Part shown: piece by piece, positions 15,745-25,353 of the stretch | Layout: each line of letters begins with the position of its first letter | Numbering within the stretch: position 1 is the stretch's first letter | DNA from: a virus | Strand: one strand, 5' to 3' | IMG/VR virus record: IMGVR_UViG_3300045988_118775 | Span: 1-37,180 of that record | Length of the DNA stretch: 37,180 bases | Program-made: the position numbers and the translations under genes | Notes under the pieces: model-generated | Databases searched by the model: none | Seen by the model: only the letters and a program-made list of their open reading frames with translations | Told to the model about the DNA's origin: nothing

Positions 15745-16131
15745 ATGATTGAAATTAAAATCACAGGCGCTAACGCCTTCGAGGTTGTAGCAGAAATGCA
15801 AGGGCTGTTATACGGCGCGTGGCTGAACGCCCAACAGGCAAAGCAATCGACGCGCGAAGCAGTCGCGATTGATACCGCGGTAAAAGCAGCCGCCAATGGC
15901 GCGGAAGTGCCGAGGACGTTGGAAGAGATAAAAGCCGCTGAAAAAGCGCTTAAAAAAGCTTCTGAACCAGCCGCCACCGCCGAGGACGTGAGATCGGCGT
16001 TCGGCGCGGCAATGGATCGCGTCGGCAAAGATAAAGTACAGGCTTTACTCGAAGAGTACGCGCCGAAGCTGTCACAAGTTAAGCCGAAAGATTACGCGGC
16101 ATTAATCGAACGAGCCGAGGCGCTGGCATGA
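15745..16131 (+). CDS. hypothetical Ala-rich early protein
   Basis: 128-aa ORF. RBS TAGGAGGAAATGACCAATG. Stop overlaps the next start (ATGA). Confidence 0.5.
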   Translation: MIEIKITGANAFEVVAEMQGLLYGAWLNAQQAKQSTREAVAIDTAVKAAANGAEVPRTLEEIKAAEKALKKASEPAATAEDVRSAFGAAMDRVGKDKVQALLEEYAPKLSQVKPKDYAALIERAEALA

Positions 16132-17282
16132 GCGGCCCCGGAGCGCACGCGGCGCTATCCGCATCGGGCAGCGCACGCTGGCTTGCCTGTACAGCCGCGC
16201 CGGAGCTTGAAGCGCAGTATCCGGAAGAGCCCGCCTCGGAGTATGCGGCAGAAGGAACAGCCGCCCACGCGCTGGCGGAATACAAACTAAACGCGCGGCT
16301 GCTGGATAACGACGACTCGGACGAACTCGCCCGGATTAAAGAGTCGGAGTATTACGGGGCGGAGATGGAGCGCTGCACCGACGCTTACGCGGATTTTGTC
16401 GCAGAAACGTTTCACGCGATGAGCAAGAACGACGCGGCGACGAAACTGTTTACCGAGACCCGCGTTGACTTTTCAAAGTACGTGCCGGACGGTTTCGGCA
16501 CCGCCGATACTGTCATCACGAACGCGGATACCTTGACGATTATTGACTTGAAATATGGTAAGGGCGTAGCCGTTTCGGCGGAAAACAACAGCCAGCTAAG
16601 GCTGTACGCGCTGGGCGCATACGAAGAGTACGGCTGGCTGTACGAGCCGGAAAAAATCCGCATGGTAATATTCCAGCCGCGCCTGGATCGGATCAGTGAG
16701 GAGACCGTGACGGTAAAAGACCTGATCGCCTGGGGGCGCGATTATGTGGCCCCGCGCGCTAAAGCAGCCGCCACCGGCACAGGCGAATTTGCCCCCGGTG
16801 ATCATTGCCGCTGGTGCAAAGCCCGGGTGCAGTGCCGGGCACGGGCGGAGGCGTACAAAAAGCTACTCGTACATGAATTTGACGATCCGTCGCTGCTGAC
16901 TGATGAAGAGATCGCGGAGATTATCCCACTAGCCGATAAGTTGGCACAATGGGCTAAAGATGTCTACACCTGGGCCCAGGAAGAAGCCGTTAAGGGTAAG
17001 AAATGGCCCGGTTATAAATTGGTCGAAGGCCAACGGCGCCGGAAGATCACCGACGAGGAAGGCCTACTCGCCGAATTGCGCCGCCACCGGCAAAAGCTCG
17101 ACGATATCGCGCCGCGTAAGCTGCTGACTATCGGAAAGCTTGAAAAAGTAGTTGGGAAAAAGAATTTTGCCGCATGGGCCGACGCCTACGTGGAAACACC
17201 GGCAGGGGCGCCGACACTAGTGCCCGAAAGCGATAAGCGGCCGGAATGGAAAAGTATAGAAGATATTATTGATGAATTTTAA
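16128..17282 (+). CDS. PD-(D/E)XK nuclease, DUF2800 / Cas4-like exonuclease
   Basis: 384 aa. C-terminal Cys cluster CRWCKARVQC typical of Cas4/DUF2800 proteins. Conserved partner of phage family-A polymerase modules. Confidence 0.7.
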   Translation: MSGPGAHAALSASGSARWLACTAAPELEAQYPEEPASEYAAEGTAAHALAEYKLNARLLDNDDSDELARIKESEYYGAEMERCTDAYADFVAETFHAMSKNDAATKLFTETRVDFSKYVPDGFGTADTVITNADTLTIIDLKYGKGVAVSAENNSQLRLYALGAYEEYGWLYEPEKIRMVIFQPRLDRISEETVTVKDLIAWGRDYVAPRAKAAATGTGEFAPGDHCRWCKARVQCRARAEAYKKLLVHEFDDPSLLTDEEIAEIIPLADKLAQWAKDVYTWAQEEAVKGKKWPGYKLVEGQRRRKITDEEGLLAELRRHRQKLDDIAPRKLLTIGKLEKVVGKKNFAAWADAYVETPAGAPTLVPESDKRPEWKSIEDIIDEF

Positions 17283-17295
17283 GGAGGATATTCAA

Positions 17296-17844
17296 ATGTC
17301 AAAAAGCACACGTTTAACTACCGGAGAAGTTCGTTTTAATTTCGTTCACGTTTTCGAGCCGCACTCTTTCGAAAATAACCCGCCGAAATACTCGGTAATG
17401 GTATTAGTGCCGAAAAGCGACACAAAGACCCTGGCGGAAATCGCAAAGGCGATTGAAGCCGTCAAGCGTAGCGACAAGGGCAAACAGAATCTGAAAGGCG
17501 TACGCGGCGAAGTGACCTTTTTACGCGACGGCGACGAGGAAAAGGCCGATCAGTACCCGGAATTTGCGGGGCACTACTTCTTTAACGCCTCGTCCAAGGA
17601 TCCGGTTATCGTCGTCGACCGAAATAAACAGGAGATCCTGGATCCGCGCGCGATTTATAGCGGCTGCTATGGTCGTGTTTCCATTGATGTATTTTCGTAT
17701 AATTCGCACGGCAACCGCGGCGTGACAACCGGACTGCGGGCCGTTCAATTACTGCGTGACGGCGAACCGTTGAGCGGCGTCTCGCCGGTGAACGTGGAAG
17801 CCGAATTTGACGACCTCGACGATGCCGACGATATGTGGGGCTAA
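17296..17844 (+). CDS. DUF2815-family protein (putative ssDNA-binding protein of the PolA module)
   Basis: Track ORF 17269..17844. Start ATG 17296 after AAGGAGG. MSKSTRLTTGEVRFNFVHVFEPH... is typical of DUF2815 as recalled. Confidence 0.6.
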   Translation: MSKSTRLTTGEVRFNFVHVFEPHSFENNPPKYSVMVLVPKSDTKTLAEIAKAIEAVKRSDKGKQNLKGVRGEVTFLRDGDEEKADQYPEFAGHYFFNASSKDPVIVVDRNKQEILDPRAIYSGCYGRVSIDVFSYNSHGNRGVTTGLRAVQLLRDGEPLSGVSPVNVEAEFDDLDDADDMWG

Positions 17845-17901
17845 TGAAGATTACAGGGGCGGGCACTGCGCCCGTCCCTTTTTATACGCAAGGGAGAAAC
17901 G

Positions 17902-19857
17902 ATGAAGCAATTATCAATTGATATTGAGACCTTCTCCGGCGCGGACTTGGGAAAGGTCGGCGTATACAAGTATGCGGAAAGCCCCGATTTTGAAGTGTTA
18001 TTATTCGCGTACGCCTGGGGAAGTGATCCGGTTAAAATAATAGACTTTACCGCCGGCGAAGCTTTGCCCGGTGACGTGTTCAACGCGTTAACGGATCCGG
18101 AAGTCGTAAAAGCCGCGTTTAATGCTAATTTTGAGCGCGTATGCCTATCGCATTTCTTTCATCTGTCGCTAACCGCGGAGCAGTGGGATTGTACACGGGT
18201 GCGCGCATTAACGGCGGGGCTACCGTCATCACTGAAAGGGGCGGGCGCGGCGCTCGGTATCGCTAAAGAGAAAATGGACGAGGGAGCGGGGCTAATTCGT
18301 AAGTTCTGTATGCCTTGTAAGCCGAGCCGGGCGAACGGAGAGCGGACGCGCTGGCGGCCCGCTGACGCGCCGGAGGATTGGGCGATGTTTAAGAAGTACT
18401 GCGCCCGTGACGTCGAGGCGGAGCGGGAAATTCGCGAACGCTTGGACTACATCGAATATACGCAAGCGGAGCGGGAGCTGTACGTGCTGGATCAAAAAAT
18501 AAACGATACGGGCGTTCGCATTGATCGCGGCTTTGTGGAGGCGGCGATCGCCGACGATACGGCATCGGCCGCGGCGACACTTGCGAAAGCGCAGCAGCTA
18601 ACCGGGCTTTCTAACCCGGGGTCGGTATCGCAGATGAAAGAGTGGCTAAAAGAGCAATTAGGGCGCGCTGTTCCGTCGCTTACCAAAGCCGTGGTGGCGG
18701 AACTGATCCACGATGACGCGACGCCCGCGCCGGTAAAAGAAGCCCTGCAATATCGGCAGCGTCTCGGTAAAACGAGCGTTGCGAAGTACCAAAAAATGAA
18801 AGATGTCGCGGGTGAGGGCGATAGGATCCGGGGGCTGTTCCAATTTTACGGAGCGAACCGGACGGGGCGCTTTGCCGGTCGCCTGGTACAATTACAAAAT
18901 TTGCCGCGCAATTCGATCGAGCCCTTAGATCTATTGCGCCGATTAGTGCGGCAAGGTGACGCGGATATGGTCGAGGCGTGGTTTATGCCATTGCCGGTGG
19001 CGCTGTCGCAGCTGGTACGCACGGCGCTAGTCGCGTCACCGGGTAACGTCTTGACCGTGTCTGACTTTTCCGCGATTGAGGCGCGCGTCATTGCCTGGTT
19101 AGCCGGGGAGACCTGGCGAAATGAGGTATTTGCGACGCACGGAAAAATTTATGAAGCGTCCGCGGCGCAAATGTTTCATGTACCGATGGAATCTATTACG
19201 AAGGGCAGCGAACTTCGCCAAAAAGGCAAGGTCGCGGAGCTGGCCTGTGGGTACGGCGGCGGCGTCGGCGCGTTAAAGGCGATGGGCGCCGACAAAATGG
19301 GCTTAAGCGATAGTGAGCTACAAGATATTATCACGCGCTGGCGGGCGAAATCGCCCCGTATCGTGCGACTGTGGTCGGCGTTGGAAGACGCCGCGAAAAT
19401 GGCGATTAAAACGCGCGACACGGTGCGGATCAGACAAGGTATAACAATGTCCGCAACAGACAATTTTTTGCGGGTGTTTTTGCCGTCTGGGCGGTGTTTG
19501 TACTATGCCGAGCCAACAGTTGAGCCGGTGGCGAAATTCGGTAAGTTTATTGACACGGTTACGTACATGGGCGTTAATCAGGCGACGAATAAGTGGGAGC
19601 GGCAGGACACGTACGGCGGTAAGCTTACCGAGAACGTGGTCCAGGCCATCGCGCGCGACTGCTTGGGCGAGGCGATGCGCAGAGTGGATCGCCAAGGATA
19701 CCGGATCGTGGCGCATGTCCACGATGAAATCATCATCGACGGGCCGCGCGGAATTTTGGGAAAGGTGAACGAGATCATGGCGGAACCGATTGACTGGGCG
19801 CCGGGATTACGATTGCGAGGTGATGGCTATGAGACCGAATACTACCGCAAAGATTGA
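17902..19857 (+). CDS. family A DNA polymerase (3'-5' exonuclease + polymerase domains)
   Basis: Exo motif IDIETFS. Motif B region RQKGKVAELACGYGGG. Motif C VAHVHDEIIID. 651 aa. Confidence 0.9.
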   Translation: MKQLSIDIETFSGADLGKVGVYKYAESPDFEVLLFAYAWGSDPVKIIDFTAGEALPGDVFNALTDPEVVKAAFNANFERVCLSHFFHLSLTAEQWDCTRVRALTAGLPSSLKGAGAALGIAKEKMDEGAGLIRKFCMPCKPSRANGERTRWRPADAPEDWAMFKKYCARDVEAEREIRERLDYIEYTQAERELYVLDQKINDTGVRIDRGFVEAAIADDTASAAATLAKAQQLTGLSNPGSVSQMKEWLKEQLGRAVPSLTKAVVAELIHDDATPAPVKEALQYRQRLGKTSVAKYQKMKDVAGEGDRIRGLFQFYGANRTGRFAGRLVQLQNLPRNSIEPLDLLRRLVRQGDADMVEAWFMPLPVALSQLVRTALVASPGNVLTVSDFSAIEARVIAWLAGETWRNEVFATHGKIYEASAAQMFHVPMESITKGSELRQKGKVAELACGYGGGVGALKAMGADKMGLSDSELQDIITRWRAKSPRIVRLWSALEDAAKMAIKTRDTVRIRQGITMSATDNFLRVFLPSGRCLYYAEPTVEPVAKFGKFIDTVTYMGVNQATNKWERQDTYGGKLTENVVQAIARDCLGEAMRRVDRQGYRIVAHVHDEIIIDGPRGILGKVNEIMAEPIDWAPGLRLRGDGYETEYYRKD

Positions 19858-22240
19858 CCCGGCGGCCGCGTATACCGTACGTATTAGCGTAGGCTCTAAC
19901 CGTCAATCGAAAGCGTGGCGCGGGCGCGACTTCACCTGGGGCGAGCTCGCCGAACGGCTGGCCGCGCCAACGCGAACGGCGGAGACGATCGGCGCGTACC
20001 TTAAAATGAGCCGCGCCGAACAGGGCGACATTAAAGACGTTGGCGGCTATGTCGGCGGCGTCATTCGCGGCAGCCGCCGCAAAAAAGGCGCGATGGCGTG
20101 GCGAACACTCGTGACGCTTGACGCGGACTTTGCCGATGATACCTTTTTACCCACGGTAAGAGAACATTTAGTCTGTGCGTGGGTGGCGCACACGACGCAT
20201 AAACACACGGCGCAGTCGCAGCGGTACCGCTTAATCATTCCGACGAGCCGCCCGATGCAGATTGACGAGTTCGCGTTTATTTCGCGCCGGATCGCGGCGG
20301 ATATCGGCGTAGGGTATTTCGATAAGACGACGCACGCCCCGGAGCGGCTGATGTATTGGCCATCGGTCGCAAGCGACGGCGTGTGGGATTACCAGCGGCG
20401 CGCTGGCGAGCTCTTGGACGTTGACGCGTTTCTCGCCGCCAACCCGGGCTGGGAAGATATGAGCGAATGGCGAAGCGAAGACGAGGTTAATTTTAAGCGC
20501 TTAACGCAAAAGCAGCAGGACCCGATCGAAAAGCGCGGGATCGTCGGCGTATTTTGCCGCGAGTATTCGATCACCGAGGCGATGGAGGTATTCTTGCCGG
20601 GCGTATACGCGCCGACAACGCAAGAAAACCGCTTCACGTATACCGACGGCTCGACCGCCGGTGGCGCGCTGTTGTTTGAGAATAAATTTTTATACTCGTT
20701 CCACGCCACGGATCCATGCAGTGAGCACCTGGTCAACGCGTTTGATATGGTCAGGCTGCATAAATTCGGCGCGCTTGACGAGGACGCCAAGGACGGCACG
20801 GTAACAACGAAATTACCGTCATTTTTGGCGATGCAGGACATGGCGCGCGAAGATGGCCGGATCAAGGTCCGGCTACACAAAGAGCAACTGGCCAATGTTG
20901 ATGATGAATTTAGCGACGACGAAGACTGGTCCTGGGCAAAAAAATTGACACTTGACCGCCAGGCCCGAGTGTTACCGACGGCCGCCAACTTCAAGTTGAT
21001 TATGGAACATCACCCGCACGTGCGCGGCATGCTGATCTATAACGATTTTTCATCGCGCTTTGAAGTACTTCGGCGGCCACCATGGCGGCCCGCGGCCGGC
21101 GTCGGCACGGAGCACTGGGGCGAGGCTGACGACGCGGGGCTGACAAATTGGCTTGAAGAGACTTACCAGGTACGAAAGCCAAGCGTTCTAAAAGACGTAC
21201 TGGCGGAGTACCGGTATATTCACCACTACCACCCTGTACGCGACTATTTGCGGGGGCTCGAGTGGGACGGCGAACCGCGCGCCGATACGGTCTTAATCGA
21301 CTTTTTAGGCGCGGAAGATTCGGCCTACGTCCGGACGGTGACGCGAAAAATGCTTCTTGCCGCTGTCGCGCGCGTATTTCAACCGGGGGTCAAGTTTGAT
21401 TACATGTTGGTATTCGTCGGCGGGCAGGGGATCGGTAAATCGTACTTCATTAAGCGATTAGGCGGTAAATGGGCCTCGGATTCGGCTACCAGCATGAGCG
21501 GCAAAGAAAGCTTTGAGCAACTACAGGGTAAGTGGATTCTGGAGTTCGGCGAGCTTGCCGCCATGCGGAAAATGGAGATCGAGCAGGTCAAGTTTTACAT
21601 CTCTAAAGATACCGACAGCTTCCGCCCGGCGTACGGTTACCGCGTGGAAGATTACCCGCGGCAGTGCGTCTTTTTCGGCAGTACGAATAATCAATATTTT
21701 CTAAAAGACCCGACCGGCAACCGGCGCTTTTGGCCGGTGGAAGTAAACGAAGGACATACGCGTAAACTGTTTGATGACTTTAACCAGGAGTACATCGACC
21801 AAGTATGGGCCGAGATGGTCCGCGCCTGGGATAGCGGCGAGCGGCGGCTCTACTTGACGGAAGACGAGGAAAAAGAAGCCTTCGCGCGGCAACAGGCGCA
21901 CCGTGAAATAAGCGACAAAGCGGGCATGGTTGAGGTTTACCTGGATACGCCATTACCGGAGAAATGGAACGACTGGAGCATTGAACAGCGGCAGACGCAG
22001 TTTGACAGCGCGTCGGACGTGAAGGTGGAAGGAAAGATCAGGCGCGATCGCGTTTGCGTCGCGGAGATCTGGACGGAGTGCTTCCAGGGCGCACAGGGTA
22101 AAATGCAACGCCGAGACGCTAACGAAATTCACGAGATCATGATGACGATGCCCGGCTGGGAGCGGTACGCGGAAGGCGGCGGTAAGTTGGATTTTGGGCC
22201 GTACGGAAAACAAAGATCCTATGTCCGTATTGAGAAATAA
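19829..22240 (+). CDS. primase / helicase-like protein, virulence-associated E (VirE) family with P-loop
   Basis: Track ORF 19790..22240. The best start is ATG 19829, 5 nt after GAGGTGA. Walker A GGQGIGKS. Large N-terminal domain consistent with a primase-polymerase. Follows the polymerase. Confidence 0.65.
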   Translation: MRPNTTAKIDPAAAYTVRISVGSNRQSKAWRGRDFTWGELAERLAAPTRTAETIGAYLKMSRAEQGDIKDVGGYVGGVIRGSRRKKGAMAWRTLVTLDADFADDTFLPTVREHLVCAWVAHTTHKHTAQSQRYRLIIPTSRPMQIDEFAFISRRIAADIGVGYFDKTTHAPERLMYWPSVASDGVWDYQRRAGELLDVDAFLAANPGWEDMSEWRSEDEVNFKRLTQKQQDPIEKRGIVGVFCREYSITEAMEVFLPGVYAPTTQENRFTYTDGSTAGGALLFENKFLYSFHATDPCSEHLVNAFDMVRLHKFGALDEDAKDGTVTTKLPSFLAMQDMAREDGRIKVRLHKEQLANVDDEFSDDEDWSWAKKLTLDRQARVLPTAANFKLIMEHHPHVRGMLIYNDFSSRFEVLRRPPWRPAAGVGTEHWGEADDAGLTNWLEETYQVRKPSVLKDVLAEYRYIHHYHPVRDYLRGLEWDGEPRADTVLIDFLGAEDSAYVRTVTRKMLLAAVARVFQPGVKFDYMLVFVGGQGIGKSYFIKRLGGKWASDSATSMSGKESFEQLQGKWILEFGELAAMRKMEIEQVKFYISKDTDSFRPAYGYRVEDYPRQCVFFGSTNNQYFLKDPTGNRRFWPVEVNEGHTRKLFDDFNQEYIDQVWAEMVRAWDSGERRLYLTEDEEKEAFARQQAHREISDKAGMVEVYLDTPLPEKWNDWSIEQRQTQFDSASDVKVEGKIRRDRVCVAEIWTECFQGAQGKMQRRDANEIHEIMMTMPGWERYAEGGGKLDFGPYGKQRSYVRIEK

Positions 22241-22400
22241 TCGGTTGCCGATGACGGCAACGAAAAAGCGATCGGCAATGGCGTCGGCAACGAGATTGAC
22301 AAAAAGTCGTTGCCGATGGTTGCCGTCGTTGCCGATGACGGCAACGGATAAAACCTTTGTATTATATGGTCTAATATATCGTCGTTGCCATCGTTGCCGA
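22241..22400. repeat. iteron-like array: about 10 copies of GTTGCCG / CGGCAAC in both orientations, including two perfect palindromes gttgccg-atga-cggcaac
   Basis: Palindromes at 22245..22262 and 22323..22340. Further copies at 22270..22290, 22300..22320, 22384..22400 and 22516..22532. Confidence 0.8.
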
Positions 22401-22515
22401 TAAATACCCTAAAAAGTTTTTTTATGAATTATGAAGGCATATGTAAACAAAAGCATGAATATCGTATAAGTTTGCCGTCATAAACCGTAAATAATATTTA
22501 TCGTCGATTTTATGG
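22401..22515. promoter_or_regulatory. AT-rich tract adjacent to the iterons (candidate DNA-unwinding element of a replication origin)
   Basis: Strongly AT-rich (aaaaagtttttttatgaattatgaaggcatatgtaaacaaaagcatgaatatcgtataag...) between two iteron clusters. Confidence 0.45.
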
Positions 22516-22561
22516 CAACGACGGCAACGAGACAAATGTAATTGAGAATGGGGCGGTTTTG

Positions 22562-22852
22562 ATGATTGACGAAAGAGACGTTGAACGATACTTGATCAAG
22601 GAGTGCGAAAAGCGCGGCTGGCTGTGTTGGAAGTTTGTATCACCGGGGCGCCGAGGCGTTCCGGATCGGATTGTCATTCGCCCCGGCGGCGTGGCTTTTG
22701 TAGAAGTGAAGCGAAAAGGTGGGCGCGTATCGCCTTTACAGATCCGGCGGATTGAGGAGCTGACCCGGCTGGTGATACCGGCCCGTGTGGTCAAGACGAA
22801 AGGAGAGATCGACGAAATGATCAGAGAGTGGGAGGGGCGCGATGAAGTATGA
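22562..22852 (+). CDS. VRR-NUC domain nuclease
   Basis: 97 aa. GVPDRIVIRPGGVAFVEVKRKGGRVSPLQ carries the D...EVK PD-(D/E)XK signature typical of VRR-NUC. Followed by the SNF2 helicase as usual. Confidence 0.75.
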   Translation: MIDERDVERYLIKECEKRGWLCWKFVSPGRRGVPDRIVIRPGGVAFVEVKRKGGRVSPLQIRRIEELTRLVIPARVVKTKGEIDEMIREWEGRDEV

Positions 22853-24185
22853 TCCGCACGCGTACCAGGAGTACGCTACACAGCGCATAATAGACACGCC
22901 AAAGGTTGGGCTCTTCCTGGATATGGGATTAGGTAAAACGGTATCGACGCTGACGGCTGTCGAGGAGTTGATAAACGACCGTTTCGCCGTGCGTAAGTGT
23001 TTAGTCATTGCCCCGCTGCGCGTGGCCAAGATGACGTGGACGGACGAGGCGGCGAAATGGGATCATCTTCATCTGCGTATTTCGCGCATATTGGGAAGTG
23101 AGGCGGAGCGTAAGCGGGCGCTTGCGACGGACGCTGATGTGTATACGATCAATCGCGAAAACGTGCCCTGGCTGGTTAAGCTGTACGGGCGGCGTTGGCC
23201 GTTCGATATGGTCGTAGTAGATGAATCGTCAAGCTTCAAAAATCATCGTGCTAAACGCTTTCGCGCGCTGCGTCAAGTGCTGGGATTGATCGACCGGCTG
23301 GTACTTTTAACCGGAACGCCAAGCCCGCGTAGTCTGATGGACTTGTGGGCGCAGATGTACCTGTTGGATCAAGGCGCGCGGCTGGGAAAAACCATCGGCG
23401 CGTATCGTGACGCGTATTTTAAGCCGGGTAAGCGTAACGGCTATGTCGTTTATGATTGGATCCTGCGCGACGGAGCGGACGAGGCGATTTACCGGCATAT
23501 CGGCGATGTATGCGTATCGATGACGGCGGACGACTGGTTGACGCTACCGGAACGAGTGACGAACCGGGTCGAGGTGGAATTGCCGCCGGCCGCCCGACGT
23601 ACGTATGACCGACTGTTGCGCGACTTTGTGGCGGAGATTGACGGTAACGAGGTAACGGCGGCGAATGCTGCGGTGCTTACCGGAAAGCTGTTACAGGTGG
23701 CCAACGGCGCGGTATATGACGAAGACGGTGCCGTGCATGAAGTCCACCGGGCGAAACTTGACGCCCTGGCGGAAATCCGCGAAGAGTGCAACGAGCCTAT
23801 GATTGTTTTTTACTGGTACCAACACGACGCGGAGCGGTTACAGAAAGCCTTTCCGGACGCCCGTTTTTTGGAAACCGAGGCGGACCTGGCCGCCTGGAAC
23901 CGCGGCGAGATACCGATGTTATTGTTGCACCCGGCCAGCGCCGGGCACGGCTTGAACCTGCAAGAGGGCGGCCACGTGATCGTCTGGTACGGTCTGACGT
24001 GGAGCCTGGAATTGTACCAACAGGCCAATGCCCGTCTTTACCGTCAAGGGCAAACTAAACCCGTGATCGTGCACCATCTTGTAGCAAAAAACACAATGGA
24101 CAGTCGAGTATTAAATGCCCTTGCCGGTAAATCTATCGGGCAGGACGCGTTAATTGCCGCTGTAAAAGCGGAGATTGGAGCATAA
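22842..24185 (+). CDS. SNF2-family DNA helicase
   Basis: Motif I GLGKT. Motif II VVDESSSFKN (DExx). C-terminal helicase motifs (...YRQGQTKPVIVHHLV). 447 aa. Confidence 0.85.
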   Translation: MKYDPHAYQEYATQRIIDTPKVGLFLDMGLGKTVSTLTAVEELINDRFAVRKCLVIAPLRVAKMTWTDEAAKWDHLHLRISRILGSEAERKRALATDADVYTINRENVPWLVKLYGRRWPFDMVVVDESSSFKNHRAKRFRALRQVLGLIDRLVLLTGTPSPRSLMDLWAQMYLLDQGARLGKTIGAYRDAYFKPGKRNGYVVYDWILRDGADEAIYRHIGDVCVSMTADDWLTLPERVTNRVEVELPPAARRTYDRLLRDFVAEIDGNEVTAANAAVLTGKLLQVANGAVYDEDGAVHEVHRAKLDALAEIREECNEPMIVFYWYQHDAERLQKAFPDARFLETEADLAAWNRGEIPMLLLHPASAGHGLNLQEGGHVIVWYGLTWSLELYQQANARLYRQGQTKPVIVHHLVAKNTMDSRVLNALAGKSIGQDALIAAVKAEIGA

Positions 24186-24186
24186 C

Positions 24187-24609
24187 ATGAGCAAAGATCA
24201 GGTTAATGATGTAGTCAACCACCCGGCGCATTATACGGACGGGAAATTTGAAACGATTGACGCTATCGAATCATGGCGGCTGGGGTATCATCTGGGCAAT
24301 GCGGTCAAGTATATTTCTCGTGCTGGTAAAAAGTCTAAAGATACGGAGCTCGAGGACCTGCAAAAGGCTCGTTGGTACATTAAGCGGTATCTCGATTACC
24401 ACCACAAGGAAGTCGAAAGCCTTAGAGCGATAGAGTACGCGGCGGATAAGGGGCTTGATCAGGATCTTGCCGGGGCGGTATTGTGTTTGTCCGTGACGGC
24501 GATACTGTCTGATATACTGTCTGACGAGCCGCAAGACCTATCCGTGCGTGAAGCATTGGCGGCGCTGGAGCGCGCAATCGGTGCCAGAGAGGCCCGGGCG
24601 AATGAGTAA
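24187..24609 (+). CDS. DUF3310-family phage protein
   Basis: VNHPAHYTDGKFETIDAIE...GNAVKYISRAGKK...DLQKARWYI matches the DUF3310 consensus as recalled. Start ATG 24187 after GGAG. Confidence 0.65.
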   Translation: MSKDQVNDVVNHPAHYTDGKFETIDAIESWRLGYHLGNAVKYISRAGKKSKDTELEDLQKARWYIKRYLDYHHKEVESLRAIEYAADKGLDQDLAGAVLCLSVTAILSDILSDEPQDLSVREALAALERAIGAREARANE

Positions 24610-25024
24610 CCGTCAAGCGCGGGCGGAGCTTGAGGGACTGCGCGAAATGAACGCGCGTATCGACGCGTTAATCATGGAAAAAGAGAAACTAGCCGCCCGC
24701 GTGACAAGTCTCGCCCGCCCACTTTCCGAGCCCGTATCCGGTACCCGTCAATCGGACATCGCCAACGCGGCCGCTAAATTGGTCGATATGGGAAGAGAGA
24801 TTGATAGCACAATAGATGAATACTATGAGCGGAAAGACCGAATTTTAGCGAAAATAAACGCGCTTTCTGATGATCGTTATAGACTTCTTTTAATCTGGTA
24901 TTACGTACACACGGAGCGGCTAACCTTGGAAGAGGTCGCCGATAAGATGGGATATCATCATCAATCTCTGCGTCGGTTGCACGTTTTAGCGCTTGACGCG
25001 TACCAGAAAAAGCACTTTTCATAA
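24602..25024 (+). CDS. late-gene transcriptional activator, ArpU / sigma-70 region-4-like
   Basis: Start ATG 24602 (ATGA overlap). C-terminal LSDDRYRLLLIWYYVHTERLTLEEVADKMGYHHQSLRRL is a region-4-type HTH. Immediately upstream of the packaging genes. Confidence 0.55.
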   Translation: MSNRQARAELEGLREMNARIDALIMEKEKLAARVTSLARPLSEPVSGTRQSDIANAAAKLVDMGREIDSTIDEYYERKDRILAKINALSDDRYRLLLIWYYVHTERLTLEEVADKMGYHHQSLRRLHVLALDAYQKKHFS

Positions 25025-25112
25025 AACCTGCTACAAAATGCTACATTAGAACGTGTTATTATGATAGTGTGAGAAATTTGAGAACAGTATTGTTCACGGT
25101 TTCCTCCTTAAG

Positions 25113-25137
25113 AGCCGCCCGGTTGGACGGCTTTTTT
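25113..25137 (+). terminator. intrinsic terminator (agccgccc-ggtt-ggacggct + T6)
   Basis: Stem-loop plus T-run after the early/replication operon. Confidence 0.55.
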
Positions 25138-25154
25138 ATTGCAAGGGGTATAAC

Positions 25155-25322
25155 ATGAATCATGAACATTATCCGGACCCGACGGCCGACAAAGCGTGCG
25201 CGCGAGTGGATCGGGAAAAAAGAGAAATAGCCCGGCTGATCAGAATAGCAAAAGAGATCTGCGCATTAGCCGGTTACGAGATCACCGGAGACATTAATAT
25301 AAGAAAGCGGGAGCGCCAATAG
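25155..25322 (+). CDS. small hypothetical protein (55 aa; below ORF-track cutoff)
   Basis: ATG after AAGGGG. Followed by a short GC hairpin + T-run (gcgcc-aatagag-ggcgc-TTTTTT). Confidence 0.3.
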   Translation: MNHEHYPDPTADKACARVDREKREIARLIRIAKEICALAGYEITGDINIRKRERQ

Positions 25323-25353
25323 AGGGCGCTTTTTTAATGGAAAGGAGTTGCCC

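Noticed and set aside
20389-20994. 201-aa minus-strand ORF
   Set aside because: It is antisense to the primase gene and Ser-rich low complexity. The same applies to the other minus-strand ORFs inside 17902..24185.
22241-22560. Possible CRISPR array (repeated short units), including ORF 22194..22403
   Set aside because: The repeats are 7-8 bp cores in mixed orientation without regular ~30-bp spacers. They fit iterons, not CRISPR. The ORF overlapping them is a repeat artefact.
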